The position numbers and the translations under genes were made by a program. Positions 18,503 through 28,445 of a DNA stretch of 64,000 nt are shown here, in pieces. The DNA is taken from the NCBI GenBank assembly GCA_964242385.1, contig CAXSZR010000001.1:1315214-1379213 (forward strand), written 5' to 3'. The notes beneath the pieces were generated by a model, which made no database searches, was not told the origin of the DNA, and was given only the letters and a program-made list of their open reading frames with translations. The DNA comes from an uncultured Mucilaginibacter sp. Lineage in GTDB: Bacteria > Bacteroidota > Bacteroidia > Sphingobacteriales > Sphingobacteriaceae. Position 1 is the stretch's first letter, and every line of letters starts with the position of its first letter.

Positions 18503-19843
18503 ATGGCAGTAAGTTTTGAAGATTTTAAATTTAACCGGCAAATTTTAAATGCCATTACAGATGCCGGTTATACCGAGCCTACTCCTATACAGCAAAAAGC
18601 TATCCCGCCTATTTTAAATGGGCAGGATGTAATGGGCATTGCCCAAACCGGTACCGGTAAAACAGCTGCTTATGTCTTGCCCTTAATTATGAAGCTTAAA
18701 TATGCGCAGGGCGAAAATCCGCGTGCATTGATCATATCCCCTACCCGCGAACTGGCTATGCAGATTGAGGAAAACATAAAAACCTTTTCTGCCTATACCG
18801 ATCTGCGAACCATCGTACTTTACGGTGGCCTTGGCCCTAAAACACAAATAGAACAGGTAAACAAAGGCGTAGACATTATTGTGGCCACACCGGGCCGCTT
18901 TATGGATATTTACCTGGCAGGCCACATTATTACAAAAACCATCCAGACACTGGTTTTGGATGAGGCCGATAAAATGATGGATATGGGCTTTATGCCGCAG
19001 GTAAACAAAATTCTGGAGGTAGTGCCTGTGAAAAGGCAGAACCTGCTGTTTTCTGCTACCATGTCGCCAAAGGTGCATGAACTGTCGTCCAATTTTCTGG
19101 AGTTCCCTACGGTGATAGAGGTTACGCCACAAGCTACCCCTGCACAAACTGTTAAGCAGGAGCTATATCATGTGCCTAATATTAAAACAAAGATAAACCT
19201 GCTTAAAACCTTGCTTGATGTAGAGAACGACATCAGCAAGCTGATTATTTTTTGTAAAACACGCAGTGCGGCAGAGGATGTGTACAAGTTTCTTTCCCGC
19301 AAGTTTGGTGAAGCCCAGGTAAAGGTACTACACGCCAACAAAGGGCAAAATACCAGGATCAACTCTATTAATTCTTTTAAGAACGACGAAGTTAAAATCC
19401 TGGTGGCTACGGATGTTGCTTCGCGCGGTATAGATGTGAGCGATGTAAGTCACGTAATAAACTTTGATGTACCGGTGGTGATAGAAGATTATGTGCATCG
19501 CATTGGCCGCACCGGCAGGGCTTATCAATCAGGCACGGCCATAACATTTTGCAGCCCATCTGAAGAGTATTATATCAACAAGATAGAAAAGCTGATAAGA
19601 CAGGCTATCCCGGTAATGGATGTTCCTGCAGATGTATTTATAGAAGCTACCTCTTACGAGGAGAAGCAAGATCAGGCCAAAGAAATAGACATGCAAAAGC
19701 GCCGTGAAAATCCTGATTTTAAGGGTGCTTTCCATGAAAAGAAAACCTTAAACCAGCGCAAAAAATTCGACGCTGCTAAAAAGAAGGCCAACCCCGGCCA
19801 AAAGCCGGAGCGTAATACCCGCAAGCCAGGAAGAAGAAAGTAA
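18503..19843 (+). CDS. DEAD-box RNA helicase
   Basis: AQTGTGKT, PTRELA, DEAD, SAT, HRIGRTGRA. TATCTTTG box 4 nt upstream. Confidence 0.95.
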   Translation: MAVSFEDFKFNRQILNAITDAGYTEPTPIQQKAIPPILNGQDVMGIAQTGTGKTAAYVLPLIMKLKYAQGENPRALIISPTRELAMQIEENIKTFSAYTDLRTIVLYGGLGPKTQIEQVNKGVDIIVATPGRFMDIYLAGHIITKTIQTLVLDEADKMMDMGFMPQVNKILEVVPVKRQNLLFSATMSPKVHELSSNFLEFPTVIEVTPQATPAQTVKQELYHVPNIKTKINLLKTLLDVENDISKLIIFCKTRSAAEDVYKFLSRKFGEAQVKVLHANKGQNTRINSINSFKNDEVKILVATDVASRGIDVSDVSHVINFDVPVVIEDYVHRIGRTGRAYQSGTAITFCSPSEEYYINKIEKLIRQAIPVMDVPADVFIEATSYEEKQDQAKEIDMQKRRENPDFKGAFHEKKTLNQRKKFDAAKKKANPGQKPERNTRKPGRRK

Positions 19844-19849
19844 CCGGCT

Positions 19850-20236
19850 TTATTGCGATTTCAGCACGGAAAGAATATTTCCTGCAGGGTCTTTAAACCA
19901 GGCAATATCCGGCCCATGCCCGTTTCCGCGCAGTATTCCCTTTTCGTCGGTTTTGAAATCGCCGTAGTCGTAATGTTCAAATTGGATGCCCAGCTTTAAT
20001 AATTCTTCAACTGCCTCATCCAGATCAGGTACCTGGAGATTTAAAACGGTAAAGGTTGCCGGTTCGTGGTTAGGCTTAGGGTAAACAATCACATGCTGAT
20101 CTTCGCTGATATGTATTTCCAGCACATCCATTTCATTAACTATGGCTTTAAGGCCAAGTTTATGGCTGTAAAACTCCTGCGCTTTCTGAATATCATTGAC
20201 AGAAAAGCCGCTGAAAATTTTTGTGGTCTTTAACAT
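19850..20236 (-). CDS. VOC family protein
   Basis: [36 protein letters not shown]. Confidence 0.87.
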   Translation of the reverse strand: MLKTTKIFSGFSVNDIQKAQEFYSHKLGLKAIVNEMDVLEIHISEDQHVIVYPKPNHEPATFTVLNLQVPDLDEAVEELLKLGIQFEHYDYGDFKTDEKGILRGNGHGPDIAWFKDPAGNILSVLKSQ

Positions 20237-20379
20237 GATCTTTGTTTTTTTAAGGGTTATTAACTGGTTTTATCAAATTTAAGCAATATGTATTGCCTAA
20301 AACGATGCAATTACAAATGCCGCTTTTCTTTAGTAAACATTTCGGCTGCAATTTAGTTTAGTGATAAACTAATTACCCT

Positions 20380-20931
20380 ATGGATACCAACAGACTATCG
20401 CCTGAGCTTGCTCAGGCCCTTAACGAACAAATGACCAACGAGGCGCACAATGCGCAAATATATCTTTCATATGCTGCATGGGCTGCTGATAAAGGCTACG
20501 ACGGCATCGCCAACTTTTTATTCAGGCACTCGGCCGAGGAACGCAACCACATGATGAAGTTTCTGGAGTATGTACTTAAACGCGGCGCCAAAGCTGTAGT
20601 AAGTGCCATACCCGGCCCCGGCGAAGACCCAACCAGCGTTAATGATTTATTTGAGCGCGTTTTTAAATCGGAAGTAGAAAATACTAACAACATTTATAAA
20701 ATTGTTGACCTAAGCATGCAGGAAAAGGACTGGGCTACCTGGAACTTTATACAATGGTTTGTAAAAGAACAAACCGAAGAAGAGACTATGGCAATTGATA
20801 TGCTTGATAAGGTTAAAATTGCCGGCGGACCTAATGCCAATGACGATGCCCTTTACAACCTTGACCGCGATATGGAAAAAACACCTGATGATGCGGTTTT
20901 AGCACAAGATACCAGCGTAGAAAAACCTTAA
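20380..20931 (+). CDS. Non-heme ferritin
   Basis: YLSYAAW, HSAEERNH, QWFVKEQTEEE ferroxidase residues. Confidence 0.88.
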   Translation: MDTNRLSPELAQALNEQMTNEAHNAQIYLSYAAWAADKGYDGIANFLFRHSAEERNHMMKFLEYVLKRGAKAVVSAIPGPGEDPTSVNDLFERVFKSEVENTNNIYKIVDLSMQEKDWATWNFIQWFVKEQTEEETMAIDMLDKVKIAGGPNANDDALYNLDRDMEKTPDDAVLAQDTSVEKP

Positions 20932-20946
20932 TAAAAAGCTTTTGTG

Positions 20947-21174
20947 CTAATTAAAGCACTGGCTAAAGGCAACCAATACTTTCAGAAACACCTCGCGGTC
21001 TACACCATAAGCTGCGGGGTGTTCTGGCTTTAGGGGCATACCGTTTTTATACCTGATAGGAAACAAGGCAATAAAATCGCGGATGGAAATTTCATAACGC
21101 AGCCAGGGATCGGCCCGGTGAATTTCTTCCAGCCTCATTTCAAAAAGCGGCAAACTTAACGGGTCATTTTTCAT
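20947..21174 (-). CDS. Hypothetical small protein
   Basis: ATG 21174 preceded by a TACTTTTG box at 21180-21187. Confidence 0.6.
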   Translation of the reverse strand: MKNDPLSLPLFEMRLEEIHRADPWLRYEISIRDFIALFPIRYKNGMPLKPEHPAAYGVDREVFLKVLVAFSQCFN

Positions 21175-21209
21175 CGCGACAAAAGTATGTAAAAACAATA
21201 TTGTGCCGC

Positions 21210-22955
21210 TTAGGCATGTTTATGTTTTTTATGCTGTTTTTGATGCTGATGTTTATCCTTATGCTTACCACCTTTTTCGTGGTGATGTTTTGATTTGTGC
21301 TTATGCCTGCCCCTGCTTTCGGTACTAACCCTTTTTGGCGGCGGCGGTGTAAAATCTATTGCTTCCGGATGTACGGAAGGGTCAAATGGATCGTAATAGT
21401 AAATTCCATCCTTGTCATACAATGGAAGGTCGGCCTTTAAGCGCTCGTCAAAATCTTTCTCATCTTTCCTGGCAGCAATAGTCCACGCGGCCTCTGCCAA
21501 AGCAGCTATGCGTGGAAACAGCATATAATCAAGCCGCTTTTCAGATCCCACTGTTTCGGTCCACAAATTTGCCTGCATTCCTAAGATCTGGTCAGACTGC
21601 AGCTGATCCGCCGGCATCTGCTTATCCGGGAAATTATATACATCGCTTTCGCTGTTAAAGCTGCTGTTCCAGTGCCTGCCAGATAAACTGCTTTTATCCT
21701 GCACAAAATCAAAGTATAATGGCAGCCTTGGGCAAAGCACTACCTGGTATTTTTTTTGTAAAGCGAGATTTAAGGACCAGGGCATATTTTGCCTCCACCA
21801 GAAGATGATCGTTTTATCAGCGGGCAGGTCTGTTTCTACTGCTTCGTCCCAGCATAAAACCTTATTTCCCATGCTGATGGCTGAATCTGCCATGCGCCTG
21901 AAAAAGTAATGCTCCAGGTCGGCAAGCGCATTGAATTTATTACTTGCCAGCATTTCCATAATGGTTGGCCTGCCAGCCCACGCCTGCATACCCAGGGCAA
22001 CTTCATCGCCGCCCAGGTGGATCATGTGCGATGGAAACAGATCATTGGTTTCCTTAAGCACACTGGCCAAAAAAGGATAAACCATTTCGTTCGACGGGTC
22101 GAATGTAAAATTTGGATACCTTGAGTAGCTGCCCCCGCTAAACTCCGGATAGGCTTTATTGGCTGCCGTAGCATGGCCGGGCATATCAATTTCAGGTACA
22201 ACGGTAATAGATCTGGCCGCCGCGTAAGCCACTATTTCTTTGATATCGTTTTGGGTATAATAACTCGCATTGGCAGTGGTATCTGTATAATTGCCAATGC
22301 CGCCAATGGTTGAAAGTTTTGGAAATTTTTTAATCTCCAGGCGCCAGCCGTTAGCATCTGTTAAATGCCAGTGAAAGCGGTTAAGCTTGTAAAAGGCCAT
22401 CCAGTCCAGCAGTTGCTTTACTTTCTTTTTCCCGAAGAAATGCCTCGACTCATCCAGCATAAAACCGCGCCATTGGTATCTTGGCGCATCGCTTATCTCG
22501 CAGGCTGCAAGTCTTACAATGTTTGTGGCAGCCTGGTGCCTTATCATTTGCAGAAGCGACACCACGCCGTAAAACGCACCGTCCTTATCAGCAGCTTTGA
22601 TAATAATAAGATTTGGGGATACACTTAATGTATAAGCTGCATCGGTTAACTGGTCTTTATTAACCAATTGCAAATCGATACGGGCATTAGCCTCGTTAGG
22701 GTCGATGTTAATTGATAAGCTGTTTGATTTTCTTAATTCCGATTGCAGATAATCGGCTACCTGCATCAGGTAACCATTATTCATACCAATTACCGTGTTA
22801 TTTGCAAGCACAAATTCACCATCGGTTTTCTGGTAAGTTTTAGGGAGGGGAATGATACCAGTGTTCTGTGCAAACGAACCTGCAGAGACTAACATCAGTA
22901 AAGCCGGCATATAAATAGCCTTAGCCGACCGTAAAAGATTACGAACAAAGCCCAT
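21210..22955 (-). CDS. Beta-N-acetylhexosaminidase (GH20) with basic His/Lys-rich tail
   Basis: RGFMLDESRHF, FHWHLTD, PEIDMPGH, HLGGDE catalytic pair, YMLFPRIAALAE. ATG 22955 preferred over TTG 22973. Confidence 0.92.
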   Translation of the reverse strand: MGFVRNLLRSAKAIYMPALLMLVSAGSFAQNTGIIPLPKTYQKTDGEFVLANNTVIGMNNGYLMQVADYLQSELRKSNSLSINIDPNEANARIDLQLVNKDQLTDAAYTLSVSPNLIIIKAADKDGAFYGVVSLLQMIRHQAATNIVRLAACEISDAPRYQWRGFMLDESRHFFGKKKVKQLLDWMAFYKLNRFHWHLTDANGWRLEIKKFPKLSTIGGIGNYTDTTANASYYTQNDIKEIVAYAAARSITVVPEIDMPGHATAANKAYPEFSGGSYSRYPNFTFDPSNEMVYPFLASVLKETNDLFPSHMIHLGGDEVALGMQAWAGRPTIMEMLASNKFNALADLEHYFFRRMADSAISMGNKVLCWDEAVETDLPADKTIIFWWRQNMPWSLNLALQKKYQVVLCPRLPLYFDFVQDKSSLSGRHWNSSFNSESDVYNFPDKQMPADQLQSDQILGMQANLWTETVGSEKRLDYMLFPRIAALAEAAWTIAARKDEKDFDERLKADLPLYDKDGIYYYDPFDPSVHPEAIDFTPPPPKRVSTESRGRHKHKSKHHHEKGGKHKDKHQHQKQHKKHKHA

Positions 22956-23058
22956 AATAAATAAGGAATTCAATCAATAGTTTAAGGCAATATAATTTAA
23001 ATAATTGAAATTGCGCAAAAACTTATTGCCTTAAACCTTAATTATAATACTGTAAAAT

Positions 23059-24684
23059 TTATTTACCAAACGGCGGAAGCCCTATCAGTTGCCTGTAAAC
23101 CGGCAGATCCATACGCGGCTTAACAGGTACATGAAAGTTAGTGCAGTAATAAACCTGCAACGTGTACTCCACACCATTACGGATTATTTGTATATCCGGC
23201 AATTGCTTAATGTTATCAAAAAACGGTTTGGCATCTGCATCAATATACATCTGGTGGTGATCGCCTATCAGTATCGCATCCTTACCGATCAGCTTTTTAG
23301 GATCAACCAGGAATGCAAGGTTCCTTGGGTCGGCATTAAATACCACAATGTCTTTTTTACCTTTTAAAGCCCAGTCTATTTTGCCGGTTAACCACCAGCG
23401 TGCGCTGCCGGTAAATAACTTTGGGTTGTTAATCCAGCCTTCTTTTTCAAAGCGGGTATTTATATCGTTGTAGTCAACACCTTGTATAGTTGGGTCTACC
23501 TTATCGCCATGGAAATAGCCTACCACCCATTTAGGGCCGTAAGCAGTCCAGAAACCGGTTACCATATGAAAGCTTAATACACCTATGGTAATAATGGTAA
23601 AGCAGATAGAAAAGTTAAGCCACCTTCGGGTAAGCCTCCTTTTGGCAGGTATGTTCAGTGCCTTATCTATGGCAAACCCCAGCGGCATAAATAACATCAT
23701 ATAACCGGGAGCCTGCCAGTGAAAATGATATTGCAGATCGGCCCAGAGTGTTACTACGGTAAAAAACACAATTGGTAATATAGCCATCCAGAACGCAAAA
23801 CTGTAGGCCAGCAACTGCGTGCGCATTTTAAACGATACAAATAACTGCCTGATGGTTGGGAACCAGATCCACGGCAGCAGCCAGAGCGATTGCCCACCAA
23901 TGCTCCTCAAAAACCAATCGATGTGCAGCTGAAATTTTTCGTCGCTTTTAACGCCGGCCCTTGATCCCTGGAAAACAAAGGATACCCAATTGTTATGCGC
24001 ATTCCACCATAAAATTGGCAGCGCCATGATAATGGTGATGATCACCGCTATATATGGGCCCGGATGGCGCAGCCAGTGGCGCTGGTTTCTGTTGGTGGCA
24101 ATAAACATAAATACGCCTGCAAATAAAAACAGCACATGGTATTTACTAAGTGTTGCAAGGCCCATGCTTACGCCAACTGCAAGCCATAATAGCCAGGTGC
24201 GCCTGCTATAACGTGTAGCTTCTGAGTTTTCTGCACCGGGGCCAGCCATTATCTGCACTATAAAGTATGTAGCAACCAGCCAAAAAAACATCAAAGGCGC
24301 ATCCGGCTGAAACCAGCAGGCAATTGCGACTGTAAACACCGCGCTCAGGTTCATTACCACTACTGCCCAAAAACCGGCACGGGCAGTAAAAAGGCGTTTT
24401 GTAACCGCAAATAATAGCCAGCTGGTACCTGCAAACAATAAAACCGACGGAAAACGGATACCAAAATTAGTGAGCCCGAATATTTTTATGCTAATAGCCC
24501 CTAACCAGAAAAACAAAGGTGGCTGGTCGAAATAGCTAAGATCAAGATGTAATGCCCCTCTGAAATAATAAGATTCACCTATGCCTAAACCGGTATAAGC
24601 AGCTATGAAACAGCGCAGTACGAAAGTTATAATAACTATAATAGATGCGTAGGTGCCTGCGTTGTTATCGGTGAGTTTCTTCAT
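23059..24684 (-). CDS. Glycosyltransferase family 39 (ArnT/PMT-like, GT-C)
   Basis: ESYY, YFDQPPL, QPDAPLMFFW, LSKY; many TM helices. Confidence 0.85.
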   Translation of the reverse strand: MKKLTDNNAGTYASIIVIITFVLRCFIAAYTGLGIGESYYFRGALHLDLSYFDQPPLFFWLGAISIKIFGLTNFGIRFPSVLLFAGTSWLLFAVTKRLFTARAGFWAVVVMNLSAVFTVAIACWFQPDAPLMFFWLVATYFIVQIMAGPGAENSEATRYSRRTWLLWLAVGVSMGLATLSKYHVLFLFAGVFMFIATNRNQRHWLRHPGPYIAVIITIIMALPILWWNAHNNWVSFVFQGSRAGVKSDEKFQLHIDWFLRSIGGQSLWLLPWIWFPTIRQLFVSFKMRTQLLAYSFAFWMAILPIVFFTVVTLWADLQYHFHWQAPGYMMLFMPLGFAIDKALNIPAKRRLTRRWLNFSICFTIITIGVLSFHMVTGFWTAYGPKWVVGYFHGDKVDPTIQGVDYNDINTRFEKEGWINNPKLFTGSARWWLTGKIDWALKGKKDIVVFNADPRNLAFLVDPKKLIGKDAILIGDHHQMYIDADAKPFFDNIKQLPDIQIIRNGVEYTLQVYYCTNFHVPVKPRMDLPVYRQLIGLPPFGK

Positions 24685-24831
24685 TGGGGTAAGCAAAAAT
24701 TGCAAGGCGCAAATCTCTTAAAAATTCGCGAAAAATCAGTTTCTTTTTCTACGTAAAGGGTTGCAGCTATAACGCATAAACCAGCTGAAAGGTATTACCT
24801 GCAAAAACGCTACATTTATAATTTTATAACT

Positions 24832-25878
24832 ATGCCGCCCGTTGTTCCGCCAAATACCGACTGGATAAATAATTTACGCCTGGTTGCCCTATATGCAGTG
24901 ATTGTTATACACTGCACATCAGTTTTATTATTGCAGTATGGGAAAGTACCGATGACTGACTGGTGGGTGGCTAATTTCTTTAATGCCTGTGTTCGTTTTG
25001 CGGTACCTGTTTTTGTTATGATTACCGGTGCGCTTTCACTGCAACGCGAGTACGCAACCATTAGCTTCCTTAAAAAGCGGCTTGGTAGAATAATAATTCC
25101 TTTCCTATTCTGGAGTGTAGTTTATGTGTGGTATTCATGGTATAATGAAGAACTACCTTTCAGCAACAACGTCTGGACAGATGTTAAGTTAGTAATGCAC
25201 CAATTAATTTATGGCAGTTCATACCATTTATGGTATGTATATATGCTTATCGGGCTTTACTTATTTTTACCCATCCTCAATAAATATGTAAGCGGTGCTT
25301 CGGAAAAAGATATTCTTTATTTTTTATCGGTATGGTTATTGGCAATGTTATTCTCTCAGCCTTATATATCAAGGTTTTCCCCGGTATTAGACCTCCATTA
25401 CTTTACAGGCTATGCCGGCTATCTTGTTTTAGGCTATTACCTTGCTTTCAAAGAATTCAACTTCAAACATACTCGTCTTTGGGCCGTCATCATTTTTGTA
25501 AGCTGTATTATCTTAATAGCTTTTGGGACGCGTTTAGTGCTGAAATATCCTCTTTTACCCGGAACAATGTTTTATGAACCAGTTAACCCGTTTGTAGTGC
25601 TGTTATCTTCGAGTGTGTTGATCTTTTTTAAATATACCGTACCCAAAGTGCCTGCTGTTTTAATAAGGATACGTGACTTTATCGGCAAGTACAACTACGG
25701 AATTTACCTGGGCCATGCCCTCGTTTTATATTTCCTGGATGATCCCTTTGGCATCAGTTATAAGCTTTGCACACCTATTATCAGTATACCTTTAACCGCG
25801 CTCATGTGCTTTATTATTACATTGATTTTGGTGTGGATCATCAGTAAGATTCCGTTTGGTAAATGGGTGTCCGGTTAA
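24832..25878 (+). CDS. Acyltransferase family 3 (WecH/OafA-like) membrane protein
   Basis: WINNLRLVA, RFAVPVFVMITG, HLWYVYMLIGLY, YGIYLGH. Confidence 0.88.
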   Translation: MPPVVPPNTDWINNLRLVALYAVIVIHCTSVLLLQYGKVPMTDWWVANFFNACVRFAVPVFVMITGALSLQREYATISFLKKRLGRIIIPFLFWSVVYVWYSWYNEELPFSNNVWTDVKLVMHQLIYGSSYHLWYVYMLIGLYLFLPILNKYVSGASEKDILYFLSVWLLAMLFSQPYISRFSPVLDLHYFTGYAGYLVLGYYLAFKEFNFKHTRLWAVIIFVSCIILIAFGTRLVLKYPLLPGTMFYEPVNPFVVLLSSSVLIFFKYTVPKVPAVLIRIRDFIGKYNYGIYLGHALVLYFLDDPFGISYKLCTPIISIPLTALMCFIITLILVWIISKIPFGKWVSG

Positions 25879-25893
25879 ATCACAAGAATGCGT

Positions 25894-26433
25894 TTATTTA
25901 GATGGATGCTCCCCATAATATGCTTCCAGTTCTTTTAAGCGTTCTATCTGTCCGGGCCTGGGATTTATAAACACCCTTACCTTCCTGATCATGGCATAGG
26001 CATCTTCATAGGTCATGCCTATTTTAATAAGATATGATAAAGCCATTGTAGGCCCGCGGCCGAGGCCCTGCCTGCAATGCACGTAAACAATGCCTTTATT
26101 TTTTATTTCGGCATCTATAAAATCTGCGCCCTTAATAAGTACATCCAGCGGGGGTGGTGTGTTGTCTACCGTAGGCAGGTGCAGGTATTTGATGCCTTCA
26201 TAAACAGCTTCGCTATAACTGCTATGCATGCGCATGTTTACAATGGCAGTAACACCCATTGCTTTCAGCTTTTTTAAGCCCACCAGGTTATACTGGCTTC
26301 CTAAAAAAAGGTTAGCAGTTATTTGGGATCGTTTTAAGCGCGGTATACCCCATATAACACGGTGGATGTTATCTACCACATAATCGAAGAACAGGCCTAT
26401 GCCCAATAAAATGCTTTTTATCTTCCTGAACAT
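25894..26433 (-). CDS. Dual-specificity protein phosphatase family
   Basis: VYVHCRQGLGR P-loop and upstream PTVD acid loop. Confidence 0.88.
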   Translation of the reverse strand: MFRKIKSILLGIGLFFDYVVDNIHRVIWGIPRLKRSQITANLFLGSQYNLVGLKKLKAMGVTAIVNMRMHSSYSEAVYEGIKYLHLPTVDNTPPPLDVLIKGADFIDAEIKNKGIVYVHCRQGLGRGPTMALSYLIKIGMTYEDAYAMIRKVRVFINPRPGQIERLKELEAYYGEHPSK

Positions 26434-26466
26434 CTTAGTTTGCTCTTATATTTAGGTAAAAGTGCA

Positions 26467-27357
26467 TCAGTCTCTAAAGCCTGCAGGGACAACTACATTT
26501 AATGCTTTAGGCAATATTTTTATATGTAGTTCTTTTGCCTGCTTTTCAATATCATCACACAGATACTTTAACGGCTTGTCTGAACTGATTGTAACCTCAC
26601 GGCATTGCCAATGTTTCAACACTTCCGAGTCGCGTTGAAATAAGGTGCTGCCTGCTATGCGTAAAACAGATATCATATCGCTGGTGTTCATTAATACCAC
26701 GTCTAATAAACCATCAGATATATTTATTCCCGGTAACAAGCCAAAGCTCCCAATTCCCAGGCTGCCAGCATTGGTAACTGTTAACGCTACTCCGCTGTCA
26801 TTAACCTGTTTTCCATCTATCACCATTTTAAAGTTTAAAGGGTCGGATGTAAAAAGGCTTTTCATCGCAGTTACGCCGTAAGCCAGCTGACCGATCTTGT
26901 TTTTTAACTCACGACTTGCTTCAAAAATCATATCAGCCATAATTCCAAAATTTACCCTTATAATAAACGGTGTAGTATTGGCCATGCCAACGTCTATGCC
27001 AGCTATTTGATACTCACCGTTCTTAAAAAGCTCCATTGCCGCAACTGCATCCTGCGGGATGCCAAGCTCTTTTGCGGTAACATTTGCTGTGCCGCCGGGT
27101 ATAATGCCCATTGGCGTAGCAGAACCTTGCAATGCGCTTGCCACCTCGGTGAGGCTTCCGTCGCCGCCATAAACAGCCACAAGATCTGTTTTCCCTATAA
27201 GCGATTCGGCGATTCTACAGCCGTCGCCTGCTTTTTGGGTAACAGAGATGTCCCATTTGATATCGCTTTCACAAAAAACCTGGTTAATGTGCGATAGTAT
27301 AGGTTCGTCCGATCCGGCTGCCGGGTTTAAGATAAAGTGAATGTGTTTAAAGCTCAT
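26467..27357 (-). CDS. Diacylglycerol kinase family lipid kinase
   Basis: NPAAG, GGDGS, PGGTAN, SDGLLDV. Confidence 0.9.
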   Translation of the reverse strand: MSFKHIHFILNPAAGSDEPILSHINQVFCESDIKWDISVTQKAGDGCRIAESLIGKTDLVAVYGGDGSLTEVASALQGSATPMGIIPGGTANVTAKELGIPQDAVAAMELFKNGEYQIAGIDVGMANTTPFIIRVNFGIMADMIFEASRELKNKIGQLAYGVTAMKSLFTSDPLNFKMVIDGKQVNDSGVALTVTNAGSLGIGSFGLLPGINISDGLLDVVLMNTSDMISVLRIAGSTLFQRDSEVLKHWQCREVTISSDKPLKYLCDDIEKQAKELHIKILPKALNVVVPAGFRD

Positions 27358-27521
27358 GTGTATCGCTTAATGCTAAAATCCGGCCAAGATGCCGGTGTGG
27401 GTTGTCTGTTATCTGTTGTAGGTTTTAAAATTTTGGGGGCTTTTGCTGGCAAATCAAAAATATGTTTGTAATTTCAGTGCTGTAAACTTCTCTTCATTAA
27501 CCTTTTAAAACCAATTATTGT

Positions 27522-28391
27522 ATGAAAGCATATTTACTATTGCTTGCTGCCCTGCTTTGTTCGGGCGTTTCATTTGCGCAGGAGATACCAGCCCGCTGGG
27601 ATGAGCTTGTGGCTTCAGATTTTCCTAAAGCTTTGGAAAAATCGTCTAAAACCTGCATCCTCCCTATCGGAATCCTCGAAAAACATGGACCGCATTCTCC
27701 CATCGGCACCGATCTTATCCATGTGAGGGAATGGGCTGCCAGGGCGGTAAAGTCTGAATACGCCGTTGTATTCCCAGATTATTTTTACGGCCAGATCAAC
27801 GAGGCACGCCAGCAGCCCGGCACCTTCGCATTGCCAAGCCATCTTATATATGAATTATTAGAAGCTACCTGCGATGAAATTGCCCGCAACGGTTTTGATA
27901 AAATCGTGATCCTGAACGGTCATGGCGGTAACCCCGAATTTTTAAGGTTTTTTATGCAATCGCTGCTTAACAAGCGCCATAATTACGCGGTTTATCTTTA
28001 CAGCCCGCAAAATGACCAGGAATATGCAAACGAATACAAGAAATTGCATAAGTCTGATCTGAGCGGTGATTTACACGCCGGTGAAACTGAAACGGCAACC
28101 TTGTTATACTACCGCCCCGACCTGATGCGCATGGACAGAGCTAAGGACCAAAGCGGTGCAGATCAAAAAAGATCATCGCTCACAAACTTATATACACCAA
28201 TATGGTGGTATTCGTCATACCCTAACCATTACGCCGGCGACGGCTCAAAAGCAACTTCAGAACTTGGCAAGTTTATTACCGATCATGAAATTGCTTCTTT
28301 TATAAAGGCTTTAAAAGATGTTAAAGCTGATACAAAAACCATCCCTTTACAAAACGAATTTTATGATAAGGTAGATAATCTGAACAAGTAA
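27522..28391 (+). CDS. Creatininase family protein, exported
   Basis: EKHGPHSPIGTD, NGHGGN, HAGETET; signal peptide. Confidence 0.88.
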   Translation: MKAYLLLLAALLCSGVSFAQEIPARWDELVASDFPKALEKSSKTCILPIGILEKHGPHSPIGTDLIHVREWAARAVKSEYAVVFPDYFYGQINEARQQPGTFALPSHLIYELLEATCDEIARNGFDKIVILNGHGGNPEFLRFFMQSLLNKRHNYAVYLYSPQNDQEYANEYKKLHKSDLSGDLHAGETETATLLYYRPDLMRMDRAKDQSGADQKRSSLTNLYTPIWWYSSYPNHYAGDGSKATSELGKFITDHEIASFIKALKDVKADTKTIPLQNEFYDKVDNLNK

Positions 28392-28392
28392 T

Positions 28393-28432
28393 AAAAAAAC
28401 GCCGCGCTCATAAAATCGCGGCGTTTCTCTTT
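28393..28432. terminator. Bidirectional terminator
   Basis: AAACGCCGCG/CGCGGCGTTT stem between convergent genes. Confidence 0.75.
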
Positions 28433-28445
28433 ATAAATCGTCAAT

